The notes under the pieces: model-generated | What the model was told of the DNA's origin: nothing | Databases searched by the model: none | Seen by the model: the letters and a program-made list of their open reading frames with translations, nothing else | Shown here: one piece after another, positions 34,391 through 45,180 of the stretch | Layout: each line of letters opens with the position of its first letter | How positions within the stretch are numbered: position 1 is the first letter of the stretch | Translations under genes and position numbers: made by a program | Assembly (NCBI GenBank): GCA_964011675.1 | Contig: CAXGPR010000002.1 | Location: forward strand, 26,216-90,215 | Direction of reading: 5' to 3' | From: an uncultured bacterium | Lineage (GTDB): Bacteria > Latescibacterota > UBA2968 > UBA8231 | Length of the DNA stretch: 64,000 bases

Positions 34391-36043
34391 TCAGCCCTCT
34401 AGGAGTACAACAAAAGGATTATTCAGTGCGTCGCAGATCCAACGTAGAAAGCGTGCGCCGTCGGCTCCGTCGATAAGTCGGTGGTCGTAGCTGAGAGACA
34501 TAGGCATCATGGTGCGAGGCTGAAAATGCCCGTCTATGTAAACGGCTTCAACGCTTGAACGTGCCACGCCGAGTATAGCCACTTCGGGTGGATTGACAAT
34601 AGGAGTAAACGCTGTCCCTCCCATGACGCCGACGTTGCTAATAGTCATACTACCGCCCTGCATATCGGCCGGTGTGATCTTGCGATCACGTGTTTTCTGT
34701 GCCATGTCGCTCAGCTCGACGGATAGCTCAATGATATTTTTACGGTCTACGTCGCGCACTACGGGAACCATTAAACCATGCGGCGTATCAACTGCAATAC
34801 CGATGTGGCAATACTTTTTGTAAATGACTTCATTGCTTGCCATGTCTATGCTCGCATTGAACTGCGGAAAGACCTTGAGTGCGGCTCCCAATACTTTGAT
34901 AAGAATGGCCGTCGGCGTCAGCTTGCCCCCAGCTGCTTCAGCGCGCTTACCGTGTTCTTTGCGCCATACTTCCAGGTCACTGACATCTGCCTTATCGAAC
35001 TGTGTGACCATCGGAATGGTCGACCAGGCTTGTGACAGGCGCTCGGCCGTAATCTGGCGCACCTTCGACATTGATTCCCGCTCTATATCACCCCACTGGC
35101 TGAAGTCGGGTAAGGGGGCAGCTGCCGCCACGCTCGGTGATGCGGCGCGCGTTTGATGTAGTTGTTTAGAATGCGCTTTCACATCTTTTGAGGAGATGCG
35201 TCCCCCTGGTCCATGTCCCTCTACCTGCGTGATATCCACGCCTATTTCACGTGCGAGACGTCGCACGGAAGGGGCTGCTGGCACGCTCGTAGTTGGTGGT
35301 GCAGACGGCTGCGAGGTTGGAGTCAGCGCCTGCGCTGGTGGAGATGATATGGATTCGGCTTGAAGTGGAGCAGGCGCCTGAGTCGAGGGGCGCGTCGTAT
35401 CTGCCGCCGGCTTTTCTACAGCGGGTTTTGCAGCGGCAGATGTGGCCGTCTTGATGGTCAGCAAGAGCTGACCTACGGCCGCGTTGTCGCCTTCTTTCAC
35501 GTGAATCGCTTCAACTGTTCCGCCAATAGAAGAGGGTACTTCGATGACGGCTTTATCGGTCTCTAGTTCAATGACTGGCTGATCTTCCCTGACGGTCTCG
35601 CCGACCGAAACTAAGACACCTACGATGTCTCCATTCTCAACGTTTTCTCCCAGATCGGGCATACTAAATTTGACCGAGCTCGTCGATTGGGCCGCAGAGG
35701 GAAGGTGAGAAGCCGTTTCGGCCTGCGTTTGTGTGGCTGGTTCAGTTGGCTCAATTGGTTCAGTTTCGGGCTGTGGCGCTGCGACTGCTTCCGAGCCCTG
35801 TTCATCGCGTGACTCCAATGTGAGCAGAAGTTGGCCGACGGCTGCGCTTTCGCCTTCTTTTACGTGGACGGCTGTTACAGTCCCGCCGGTTGAAGCAGGC
35901 ACTTCAATAACGGCTTTGTCTGTTTCTAATTCGAGTACGGGCTGGTCTTCCTCAATGTGGTCTCCCACGCTGACTAATACGCTAACCACGTCCCCATTTT
36001 CGATATTCTCGCCTAGATCGGGCATCTTGAATTCTATCGGCAT
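34391..36043 (-). CDS. aceF: Pyruvate dehydrogenase E2 dihydrolipoamide acetyltransferase with two lipoyl domains
   Basis: It has two ...ETDKA.IEVP... lipoyl domains, a subunit-binding domain and a catalytic domain (DHRLIDG). Confidence 0.85.
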   Translation of the reverse strand: MPIEFKMPDLGENIENGDVVSVLVSVGDHIEEDQPVLELETDKAVIEVPASTGGTVTAVHVKEGESAAVGQLLLTLESRDEQGSEAVAAPQPETEPIEPTEPATQTQAETASHLPSAAQSTSSVKFSMPDLGENVENGDIVGVLVSVGETVREDQPVIELETDKAVIEVPSSIGGTVEAIHVKEGDNAAVGQLLLTIKTATSAAAKPAVEKPAADTTRPSTQAPAPLQAESISSPPAQALTPTSQPSAPPTTSVPAAPSVRRLAREIGVDITQVEGHGPGGRISSKDVKAHSKQLHQTRAASPSVAAAAPLPDFSQWGDIERESMSKVRQITAERLSQAWSTIPMVTQFDKADVSDLEVWRKEHGKRAEAAGGKLTPTAILIKVLGAALKVFPQFNASIDMASNEVIYKKYCHIGIAVDTPHGLMVPVVRDVDRKNIIELSVELSDMAQKTRDRKITPADMQGGSMTISNVGVMGGTAFTPIVNPPEVAILGVARSSVEAVYIDGHFQPRTMMPMSLSYDHRLIDGADGARFLRWICDALNNPFVVLLEG

Positions 36044-36071
36044 ATTCGTCTTAATCCTGTCGCGCGCTGCG

Positions 36072-38735
36072 CTAGCGATAAACGGGGTTGGGTTTCTCTG
36101 AGTCTACATTTAGGTCCTGCATAGCTTTCTTCACGGTCTTGTGTTCGATTTGTCCGGCATCCGCTAGTGCGCCCAGTGCGCCGAGCGTAACAAAGCGGGC
36201 ATCTACTTCGAAAAAGTCACGTAGAGCTTCGCGGCTTTCGCTTCGACCAAATCCGTCTGTGCCCAAAGAAACGGGTGCTTCTGGGAACCAGCGCGCAATG
36301 GATTCCGGAAGTGCCTTCACGTAATCAGAAGCTATTACGAAAGGACCCTTTTCACCTTCAAGGCACTCCTCGATATAAGACTTCTTCTTTGTTTCGCCCG
36401 GGTGCATGCGGTTCCAGCGCTCCGTGTCGAGTGCATCGCGATGCAGGCTTTTGAAGCTGGTTATGCTCCATACGTCCGCGGCGACATTATACTGCTCTTC
36501 TAAAATCTGCTGTGCCTCAAGCACTTTGTTCATTATCGCGCCGCTGCCGAAGAGCTGTGCTTTGAGCTTGGATCGTTTCTTACTTGAGCGTTTGAACTTG
36601 TAGAGGCCTTTGAGAATACCTTCTTCAACGCCTTCGGGCATAGGTGGCATTGGGTACTGCTCGTTTTCTACCGTCATGTAGTAGAATACATCTTCCTGTT
36701 CCACGTACATTCGACGGATTCCCTCACGAACGATAACAGCAATTTCATAGGCGAATGCTGGGTCGTAGGCCATCATATTGGGCACGGGGTAGGCCAAGAG
36801 ATGGCTGTGGCCGTCCTCATGCTGCAGTCCTTCGCCGTTGAGCGTCGTACGCCCAGCAGTTCCGCCCACCATGAAGCCCTTAACTCGCATGTCGCCTGCC
36901 AGCCAAATCAGGTCTCCAATGCGTTGCATACCGAACATGGAGTAGTAAACGAAAAATGGAATAGTGTTGATCCCGTGCGTTGAGTATGCAGAACCGGCGG
37001 CGATGAAAGACGACATCGAACCGGCTTCTGTTATACCTTCTTCGAGGATCTGACCGTCTTGGGCCTCTTTGTAGTAAGAGACTACATCCTTGTCTACGGG
37101 TTCGTATAGCTGACCAACGCTAGAGTAGATGCCAAACTGGCGGAATAAGGGATCCATACCGAATGTGCGTGCCTCGTCGGGAATAATCGGCACTATATAT
37201 TTACCAATTTCCTTGTCTTGAAGCAGTTTGCGGAGGACGGCAACAAAAGCCATCGTAGTGGCAATTGTGCGGTCTCCAGATGCTTTTTCAAATTCGTTCC
37301 ACAGATCGGACGGAGGCATCTGCAGGGGTTCGCTCTTAGTGCTGCGGCTGGGCACGGAGCCGCCTAAAGCTGTGCGGCGCTCGCGAATATACTGCATCTC
37401 TGGGCTGTTTTCGTCCGGCCTGTAGAAAGGGGCCGCTGCGACTTCGTCGTCGGAGATGGGAATGCCAAAGCGTGTGCGGAAAGAACGCAGCTCGTTTTCG
37501 TTAAGCGACTTTTGCTGGTGAGTTATATTCTTTCCTTCACCAGCCTCGCCCATGCCGTATCCCTTGACGGTTTTAGCGAGTATGACTGTCGGAGCGCCCT
37601 TGTGCTCGGTTGCCCTCTTGTAGGCCGTATACACCTTCTCGGGGTCATGGCCACCACGTCGCATTTTCTCAATCTGGTCGTCGGACAAATGGGCTACCAT
37701 GTCGAGGAGATCTCCATTTTTGCCGAAAAAGTCTTCTCGTATGAAGGCTCCGTCTGAGACCGTGTACTTCTGATACTGTCCGTCGACTACTTCTCCCATG
37801 CGCTGTACTAGCAGGCCTTTATCGTCGTTTTCGATCAGCGCATCCCAATCATCGCCCCAGACAACCTTAATTACGTTCCATCCAGCTCCCCGGAAGGTTG
37901 CTTCGAGCTCTTGGATAACCTTGCCGTTTCCGCGCACGGGGCCGTCGAGACGCTGTAGGTTGCAGTTAATGACCCACGTTAAGTTGTTGAGCTTCTCGCG
38001 CGAAGCTAGCGTGATGGCGCCAAGTGTTTCTGGCTCGTCGCACTCTCCATCGCCGAGAAAGGCCCATACCCGGCCGTCGTCTTTCTGCTTCAGGCCGCGG
38101 TTCTCCAAGTATCGGTTGAAGCGTGCCTGGTAAATTGACATGATCGGACCGAGTCCCATTGAGACCGTAGGGAATTGCCAAAAGTCAGGCATAAGCCATG
38201 GGTGGGGGTAAGACGAAAGGCCGCCGCCGGGCTGTAGCTCGCGTCGGAAGTTGCTCAGCTGCTCTTCGCTTAGACGTCCTTCGACAAAGGCGCGTGCATA
38301 CATTCCGGGTGATGCATGGCCCTGAAAATAGACTTGATCGCCTGAGTGTTCATCTGTGCGAGCGCGGAAAAAATGGTTGTAGCCAACTTCATACAGCGTT
38401 GCAGATGAAGCGAATGTCGATATGTGGCCTCCAGGAGCTGCCTTATCGCGATTGGCACGCACTACCATGGCCATGGCGTTCCAGCGCACGATGCTCTTTA
38501 TGCGGCGCTCTATTTCTCGGCTGCCGGGAAACGTTGCCTGCGCTGAACGGGGTATGGTGTTGACATACGGTGTGTTAGCGGTGAAAGGTATATCAATACC
38601 TGCTTGGTGGGCTCGTTGTTCGAGCTGCTCGAGTAAATGGCGCACGTGGTCTGGAGACCGTTCTGCCAACACGTAGTCAAGAGATTCTAGCCATTCGCGC
38701 AGTTCTATGTCTAATTCTTTCGCGTCTTCACTCAT
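36072..38735 (-). CDS. aceE: Pyruvate dehydrogenase E1 component, homodimeric type
   Basis: It is 887 aa with an AceE-type N-terminus (EWLESLDYVL) and the ThDP-binding GDGE motif. Confidence 0.9.
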   Translation of the reverse strand: MSEDAKELDIELREWLESLDYVLAERSPDHVRHLLEQLEQRAHQAGIDIPFTANTPYVNTIPRSAQATFPGSREIERRIKSIVRWNAMAMVVRANRDKAAPGGHISTFASSATLYEVGYNHFFRARTDEHSGDQVYFQGHASPGMYARAFVEGRLSEEQLSNFRRELQPGGGLSSYPHPWLMPDFWQFPTVSMGLGPIMSIYQARFNRYLENRGLKQKDDGRVWAFLGDGECDEPETLGAITLASREKLNNLTWVINCNLQRLDGPVRGNGKVIQELEATFRGAGWNVIKVVWGDDWDALIENDDKGLLVQRMGEVVDGQYQKYTVSDGAFIREDFFGKNGDLLDMVAHLSDDQIEKMRRGGHDPEKVYTAYKRATEHKGAPTVILAKTVKGYGMGEAGEGKNITHQQKSLNENELRSFRTRFGIPISDDEVAAAPFYRPDENSPEMQYIRERRTALGGSVPSRSTKSEPLQMPPSDLWNEFEKASGDRTIATTMAFVAVLRKLLQDKEIGKYIVPIIPDEARTFGMDPLFRQFGIYSSVGQLYEPVDKDVVSYYKEAQDGQILEEGITEAGSMSSFIAAGSAYSTHGINTIPFFVYYSMFGMQRIGDLIWLAGDMRVKGFMVGGTAGRTTLNGEGLQHEDGHSHLLAYPVPNMMAYDPAFAYEIAVIVREGIRRMYVEQEDVFYYMTVENEQYPMPPMPEGVEEGILKGLYKFKRSSKKRSKLKAQLFGSGAIMNKVLEAQQILEEQYNVAADVWSITSFKSLHRDALDTERWNRMHPGETKKKSYIEECLEGEKGPFVIASDYVKALPESIARWFPEAPVSLGTDGFGRSESREALRDFFEVDARFVTLGALGALADAGQIEHKTVKKAMQDLNVDSEKPNPVYR

Positions 38736-38995
38736 AGCGAACGTGAGTCCTCGTCTTCTGGGGTAAGACGCGCAGAGCGCGCGTCGTGGAAGAAGTCAAA
38801 ATAAGAACTTCGGCAGGTTTTGCAAAGACGTAAACCGGCGTCGGAATAGACTGCACTCAAGCGTGAGCTCCACGTTTTTGTATATTCGTTGCACTAACGA
38901 GGAGGAAGCGAAACTCACGGTTAGAGCGTCTTTTTTTCCTCGTAGACAGCGTTTGTACAGTTCAGCGTATTGCCGCTCTCATCTGGGTTCAACTA

Positions 38996-40813
38996 ATGGC
39001 TAAAAGTAAAACGCACGAGGCGATATGGCTCAGCGTGCTGGCCTCTGTGTTGTTACATATTGCGGGTCTGTATATGGCACGTGATTTTTGGCTTGATGAA
39101 GTAGAAACGGAGTCCTTCCGCGCCCGCTTGGCCAATATCGCCCCCCTCTTTAAGCCTCGTCGCCTCAATACCGCACAAAAGCCACTTATTGAACCGCTCG
39201 TTGAGTTCGAACTCGAATACATTGCGGCAGATAGAAAAGCCGTAGAATTAGATGAGCGCGAGCTACCGATGCAGATTATCGTTGAAGAAGTAGAGGTGGA
39301 AGATGCACCTGTCGCACTGCGGGAAGTGGCTAGCGGAAACAAAGAATATGATCCGATTCTCGAGCGCGTGAAGATGCTGTCTCCATCGGAACTGAGTTTG
39401 TCAGACAGCTTGGGTATTCCCTCGATGGATCTATTGCGCATCGTGGACATGGCGCGTGCAAACAAAGACCATGCTGGCGTGATCATAGACCGTTCGAGCC
39501 GTCGCGATTTGATGGGGTATGTCAACTTTACGCAGTTACGAGTATACGGGGCGGGAAGTGGACGGGGCCAACTTGATGCACTTGTACGCTATATGCGTGA
39601 CAACACGTTTATACTGGCTGAAGTGCGCGAAAAAACGTATCAAAATTTCTTGGCGGAAAACTTACTCAAGGATCCGATACACTTTCTTTTGCAGGGTGGG
39701 GGCATGATAGCCTATCGCGACGATGTATTGACGCTCTTTACACTCGAAGAAATGGCTCTGATGGGACGCTATCTGCGCGAGGGGGGGTTCTTGTTTATAG
39801 AGGGCAATAACCGCTACTTAAGCGAGATGCGAACGCACTTGCAGGATATACTCGGTCGAGATGCCATCTTACGTCCCGTTCCACTAAGCCACCCGCTATA
39901 CTACGCATTTTACGATTTCAGTGGAGGATTCCCCGGTGAAGACAAAACGCGTCTGACAGACGTCGGTGATAACCCTCGCTGGCATTATCCTACACAGTTC
40001 CTCGATGATCCGGTCGCAGACCAACGAGCTACGGCCTTTAATCAGGTCATCGAGAATGAGATGGTGGCTGAACAGCCTCCACCCTTGGGTATCTGGGGCG
40101 TTGAGATAGACGGACAGCTCGTCGCTGTGCTGAGTGATATGGGATTAATGAGTAAGGGAGCACTCAGTTCTAACGTGGAAGATAGCGGGGAAGAGCCCGT
40201 TTTATATTCACTTATGGCTTGCACAAACATCATCGCTTACGCTTTGACTCGAGACGGAGGGCGTACGCCGCATCTGCCGCCTGCGGCGTGGATGAACCGT
40301 CGTCCGGTAGTTGGGGTCGACAGCCCATCTGACGTATCTGAGCACGTGACGGAACGAGACCAAATAGACGATGAGACCTTCGCTGATCTCGATGCCTCTC
40401 TTGCGATAGTGCAAGCACCTTTGGGGGAGCTGATTGATCGGGGCTTACAACTGCGGATTGACGGTCGCTACACGCTGGAACTGCTTAAGACGGACTACAA
40501 TGGAGTTTTGCTACATAATTTGCCTGCCGGCAATCACTGGATTGAGCTCTCTTACGGCGGAGAAGTCCAACAACTAGACTTTTCTCTGAGTGGCGGCAAA
40601 GTGCTCACGCTGAACTTTGCGCTTAATCGCTTTGCGTTTATGAGCCAACTCCGTATAGAACAGCAAGACGAGCAGGTGGGTTTAGCACAATGGCTGCAGG
40701 CTTTTTTCGATCTGGACTTAGAGGAAATCTACCTTGCCGAAGATCGAGAATGGTTAGAAGGAGCCGAGGCCGATCAGAGAGTTGATTCTACGGGCGATGG
40801 CTTCGATCCATAG
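38996..40813 (+). CDS. N-terminally membrane-anchored protein with a DUF4159-like (ThuA/class-I amidotransferase-like) central domain and a beta-rich C-terminal extension
   Basis: It has one N-terminal TM helix. The central region is GAGSGRGQLDALVRYMRDNTFILAEV...LLQGGGMIAYRDD...GGFLFIEGNN..., which resembles DUF4159. Confidence 0.45.
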   Translation: MAKSKTHEAIWLSVLASVLLHIAGLYMARDFWLDEVETESFRARLANIAPLFKPRRLNTAQKPLIEPLVEFELEYIAADRKAVELDERELPMQIIVEEVEVEDAPVALREVASGNKEYDPILERVKMLSPSELSLSDSLGIPSMDLLRIVDMARANKDHAGVIIDRSSRRDLMGYVNFTQLRVYGAGSGRGQLDALVRYMRDNTFILAEVREKTYQNFLAENLLKDPIHFLLQGGGMIAYRDDVLTLFTLEEMALMGRYLREGGFLFIEGNNRYLSEMRTHLQDILGRDAILRPVPLSHPLYYAFYDFSGGFPGEDKTRLTDVGDNPRWHYPTQFLDDPVADQRATAFNQVIENEMVAEQPPPLGIWGVEIDGQLVAVLSDMGLMSKGALSSNVEDSGEEPVLYSLMACTNIIAYALTRDGGRTPHLPPAAWMNRRPVVGVDSPSDVSEHVTERDQIDDETFADLDASLAIVQAPLGELIDRGLQLRIDGRYTLELLKTDYNGVLLHNLPAGNHWIELSYGGEVQQLDFSLSGGKVLTLNFALNRFAFMSQLRIEQQDEQVGLAQWLQAFFDLDLEEIYLAEDREWLEGAEADQRVDSTGDGFDP

Positions 40814-40916
40814 CCATTTAATTGGACGTGTATTTTACACATTTACCCTTTATTTTAACGTATCGTTTATCTTACAAATTCACTTCCTGCTATATGCATA
40901 AAAAGGCAGTTCTTCC

Positions 40917-42050
40917 GTGTCTTTCTCTATTGGCTTCCTACTCTTATTAACTTGGACGGTCGCTTCTGCTAAAGCTGGCTGGGCACAGCAGTGGACTAAT
41001 CCGGCGGCATATGGCGTTTACGTCAATGCAAACGCTGCTGGCAGTGCGCGCGGTGACGCGCTGGTAGATGAACTCGTCACCGCGGGTGGGAATGCCGTTG
41101 TATTCGACGTAAAAGACCGCCTTGGGAGGCTAAGCTACACATCGAAAGTGGCGCTTGCTCGAGCCATCGGAGCAAGCGGAGAAGCAACCATCGATCGTCC
41201 GGCAGAACTTGTGGGATCTTGGCGTGACCGCGGCATGTATGTCATTGCCCGGTTGACGTGCTTTCACGATGTACTACTGGCTCAGCAGCGTTCTGGCTTT
41301 GCTCCCCTGTCTCGCCAAGGAGCTGGCGTGTGGTCGGAAAGAGGCACGCCAAACTGGGTCGACCCGGCGCTGCCAGAGGTGCAGCAGTATTTAGTAGATT
41401 TGGCGCTGGAGGTCGCGGGGTTCGGCGTCGATGAGATTCAGCTGGACTACGTTCGTTTTCCTACAGAAGGTCGAATAGAAGACGCCGTTTTCTCTTTCGA
41501 TCCAGCCGTGCTATCGAAATCAGCTGTCATAACTGATTTTGTGCGTCGTATGCGTACAGCGCTGGAGCCGACGGGTGCGCGTCTATCTGCAGATATTTTC
41601 GGCGTGACAGCGTGGGGGAGTCTAGCAGATATTAAGACAGTTGGTCAAGATGTAGATGATCTTCTAGACTATCTCGACGCGGTTTCACCCATGCTGTATC
41701 CGTCTCATTTTGCAGACGGGTTTGGTCGAATATCAAGTCCGGTTGCGCATCCATACTACTTTCTGTATCAAGGATGTCAGCGCCTGCGCAAGCGTGCTGC
41801 TGATCACGGAGTCGAGGTGAGACCTTGGATACAGGCATTTGACTATCGTGTCTCTAAGTATGACGCGACGTATATCACAGAGCAGCTGTACGGAGCCGAA
41901 GATGGTGGGGCGCGCGGATGGCTGCTGTGGAATTCAGCGAGCCGCTATCCGTTTGAGATCACAGCTATAGCCCATTTTATGGCTGGAATCGCCCTTGGTC
42001 TAAGCCAAGATGAGCGACTTCCCAAGCCCGTGGAAATTTCTCCTAAATAG
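40917..42050 (+). CDS. Secreted putative glycoside hydrolase-like TIM-barrel protein (DUF4015/GHL-type)
   Basis: It has a signal peptide, and the region GGNAVVFDVKD...GMYVIARLTCFHD...GVDEIQLDYVRFP resembles DUF4015. Confidence 0.5.
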   Translation: MSFSIGFLLLLTWTVASAKAGWAQQWTNPAAYGVYVNANAAGSARGDALVDELVTAGGNAVVFDVKDRLGRLSYTSKVALARAIGASGEATIDRPAELVGSWRDRGMYVIARLTCFHDVLLAQQRSGFAPLSRQGAGVWSERGTPNWVDPALPEVQQYLVDLALEVAGFGVDEIQLDYVRFPTEGRIEDAVFSFDPAVLSKSAVITDFVRRMRTALEPTGARLSADIFGVTAWGSLADIKTVGQDVDDLLDYLDAVSPMLYPSHFADGFGRISSPVAHPYYFLYQGCQRLRKRAADHGVEVRPWIQAFDYRVSKYDATYITEQLYGAEDGGARGWLLWNSASRYPFEITAIAHFMAGIALGLSQDERLPKPVEISPK

Positions 42051-42051
42051 G

Positions 42052-45000
42052 CTAGTCATGCGGTCGCAGCCGGTTTTCCAAGCGGCTCCAACCTAGCGTT
42101 TCTCGTACAAAGTGACGCACGTCTTCGATAACCCAGTACAGGCATGGAATCACTATAAGCATGATCATAGTCGCTGTTGTTAGACCAAACACTATGAGTG
42201 TTGCGAGCGGCGACCATACGGCTGACTTGCCCGTGATTCCTAGTGCTATGGGTAGCACGCCGCCCACGGTCGTTACCGTCGTCAGTATAATGGGCCGCAG
42301 GCGTTTTGAGGCTGCGTCGAGTATTGCATCGCGTACAGATAAGCCTCTTTGTCTGGCATAGTTGGCAAAGCTGATGAGCACAATAGAGTCGTTAACTACC
42401 ACTCCAGATAGACCTACCATGCCGTAAATAGCAGTAATTGAGAGCGGGTATCCATTGGCGATGAGACCCACCAGAGCACCCGCTAATGCGAAGGGAATTG
42501 TCACTATAATTATGAAGGGTTGGATTAGCGAGCGGAATTGCACTACGAGTATGAAAAAGATGCACATAGCGCCTAAGCCAAATAACAGAATAATGTTGTC
42601 GAAGGCCTGGTTAAATTCTTGGAACTGACCGCCGAAAACGAGGTTATATCCCGGGTGGATCGGAGCGATCTGTTGTTGAAAGTACGCTCTGAGATCTTCT
42701 ACCGTGCTCGCTGCGGCACCGGCTTCGCTCTCTTCAGCAAATACGGTAATGGTGCGGCGAAAATCACGGCGTTTAATTTCGCTGAATCCGGTGTCTCTAC
42801 GTAGTTCTGCTACGGAGCCGAGGCGAACAAAGTCACCGTTAGGCGTGCGGATGTCGATGTCTTCCAGTCGGCTGCCTGACGTGAACCAAGAGGGCGCGTA
42901 GCGTACGAGTATAGGCCGTTCTTTGTCATCTGCGTCAAAAGTGCCGGCCTGCTGTCCGTTTAGTGCGCTCTGCAGGGCTATACCGACATCGCTTGAGGTC
43001 AGGCCTAAGCGATGGGCTTCCGCTCTTCTCAGCTGGAACGTTAGCTCTCCCTTGCCTGGGACAAAGTCGTCGCCGATGTTAATCAGCCCTGGATAGCTCG
43101 CCAGTCGATCTTTAAGCTGTTCGGCAATCGCATCGAGTGTAACAAAGTCATCGCCTTGGATTTTTGCCTCGAGGGGATAGTCTTTAGGAGGACCGTTTTC
43201 GATAATCTTAACTTGAATCTCTTCTTGAGTGTATCCCATCTGGGCGGCGGTCTGTCGCATGTAATCGACCATACTTTCCAGTCGTTTTTTGACTTCTGCC
43301 CCATCTTCTATGTCGACAATGATTTCCGCATAGTTAGGTCGGGTGAACGTTCGGCTTTCCGTGTTTTGTACGCCGACGTTAACCAAAATTCGCTCGATGT
43401 GCGCGGTGTATTCTCGTGGCATTGCGCGGACCGCAGACTCGAGTCGCTGAGTATGGCGGTTGGTCTCGTCCAGAGCAGTGCCTTCAGGCAGAGTCAGCCA
43501 GACGGCAAAGTAGCTCTGCGGGTCCGAACTGAACAGTTCTTGACGCAGTTGGGGAAAAACAATGCCTGCAGAAACGAGGATAGTCGCGGGAATTCCGATG
43601 GCCACGGCATAGCGCCGCCAAGAAGGTAAAATCCTCGATATTAATCGACTATAACGCTCTGTCAAGCGTCCAATCGCACCGTCGAGCGGACTCTTTTTTT
43701 GGCCGTCCCCAAAATCGGAAATATGTGAAGGTAGAATAAGGAAGCACTCAATCAGAGATGCGAGTAAAGCCAAGCTTACGGTGATGGGTACGACCTTGAG
43801 AAATTCGCCGATCGTTCCGGGCAGGAACACCAACGGCATGAAGGCGGCGATGGTCGTCAACGTTGAGGTTAGGACGGGAGACAGCACTTCTTGCGTGCCG
43901 GTGATAACGGCATCGGCGCGCTTCCAGCCCATCTGCATATAGCGATAAACGTTTTCTATGACGACTATCGCATCGTCGACTATCATACCTAAAACTAAAA
44001 CTAGCCCAAAGAGAGTGTTTTCGTTGATCGATGATCCGATGGCCTTCAGCATGATAAAGGCTAGGCTAAAAGCGATCGGGATGCCAATGGCCGTTAGAAT
44101 GCTGTTGCGCCAGCCTATAAAGAGCCAGAGCACGATTACTACTAAGACTCCACCAGCCAGCGCGTTGGTCTGCAAGTTGACCAGTGAGTTACGCACGCGT
44201 ATCGACGTGTCGTTAACCAAGTCGATATACATTCCATTTGGTAGCGCCTGCTTCGATTCTTCAATCAGGCGATGGATCTTGTCGAGTAGATTTAGGGAGG
44301 ATCCGACGTCTTTTTTGGTTACACCCAACGCAATACTGCGTCTTCCTTCAAGCCGCGAACGGGCTTCTTCACGTGCGTAGGTATCTACTACAGTGGCGAT
44401 CTGATTTAGGGTTACGTGATTACCCTCGGGGTCGCGCGATACGACGGTGTTTTCGATATCCTGCAGGTTGCGGAACTTGCCTTTGTGTCGAACGAGGAAT
44501 TCCGATTGCCCGAGTTGTAGCGTGCCGGCTGGTAAGTCGGCGTTTTGCAGGGCTATGGACGTTCTGATGTCGTCTAGAGATAAGTCGAGTGCGCGCGCGC
44601 TGGGCGGATCAACTTGAATATGGACTTGTCGCTCGCGGTCGTCGAATAGAAAAACGCGATCAACTTCCCAGAAATTCTCTATCGCGTCGCGTAAGTCGTC
44701 AACGTGCTGACGCAGTTGACCGTATGTGATTTGGGTGTCACCGCTGAGTGCGACTTGGACAAGCGGTATGAAGTTGGAAGATTTCAGCTTAAGGTAGAAT
44801 GGATCTGAAACGGCATCGGGTAGGTTGACTCGATCAATTGCCTGCCGGGTTTCTTGATACTGCCGCTCGAATTCATCCGTTGAGATATTCTCAAATTGCA
44901 TGGAGATCTCGACAATGCCTTCACTTGAAATCGAGTTGGATTGGCTCAGGTAGTCTATATTTTCCAATTCTTCTTCTGCCGGCTGCGTTATAAGTCGCTC

Positions 45001-45180
45001 TATGTCAGCCGTAGACACTCCCGGATAGGACATGACTACAAGTAGCCACTTTAGGTTAACTGGCGGCAGGTACTCTTGGGGCATTGTGATGTAGGCTCCG
45101 GTGCCTCCAAGTAAAAAACACGCACTGAGAAGGTTGGCGATTAGGGGGTTGGCTACTACCCAGCGAAAAAGAGATTTCAC
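42052..45180 (-). CDS. RND efflux transporter permease (AcrB/HAE1 family)
   Basis: It is 1042 aa with a 12-TM RND architecture. A 4-nt overlap with the adaptor gene indicates an operon. Confidence 0.9.
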   Translation of the reverse strand: MKSLFRWVVANPLIANLLSACFLLGGTGAYITMPQEYLPPVNLKWLLVVMSYPGVSTADIERLITQPAEEELENIDYLSQSNSISSEGIVEISMQFENISTDEFERQYQETRQAIDRVNLPDAVSDPFYLKLKSSNFIPLVQVALSGDTQITYGQLRQHVDDLRDAIENFWEVDRVFLFDDRERQVHIQVDPPSARALDLSLDDIRTSIALQNADLPAGTLQLGQSEFLVRHKGKFRNLQDIENTVVSRDPEGNHVTLNQIATVVDTYAREEARSRLEGRRSIALGVTKKDVGSSLNLLDKIHRLIEESKQALPNGMYIDLVNDTSIRVRNSLVNLQTNALAGGVLVVIVLWLFIGWRNSILTAIGIPIAFSLAFIMLKAIGSSINENTLFGLVLVLGMIVDDAIVVIENVYRYMQMGWKRADAVITGTQEVLSPVLTSTLTTIAAFMPLVFLPGTIGEFLKVVPITVSLALLASLIECFLILPSHISDFGDGQKKSPLDGAIGRLTERYSRLISRILPSWRRYAVAIGIPATILVSAGIVFPQLRQELFSSDPQSYFAVWLTLPEGTALDETNRHTQRLESAVRAMPREYTAHIERILVNVGVQNTESRTFTRPNYAEIIVDIEDGAEVKKRLESMVDYMRQTAAQMGYTQEEIQVKIIENGPPKDYPLEAKIQGDDFVTLDAIAEQLKDRLASYPGLINIGDDFVPGKGELTFQLRRAEAHRLGLTSSDVGIALQSALNGQQAGTFDADDKERPILVRYAPSWFTSGSRLEDIDIRTPNGDFVRLGSVAELRRDTGFSEIKRRDFRRTITVFAEESEAGAAASTVEDLRAYFQQQIAPIHPGYNLVFGGQFQEFNQAFDNIILLFGLGAMCIFFILVVQFRSLIQPFIIIVTIPFALAGALVGLIANGYPLSITAIYGMVGLSGVVVNDSIVLISFANYARQRGLSVRDAILDAASKRLRPIILTTVTTVGGVLPIALGITGKSAVWSPLATLIVFGLTTATMIMLIVIPCLYWVIEDVRHFVRETLGWSRLENRLRPHD

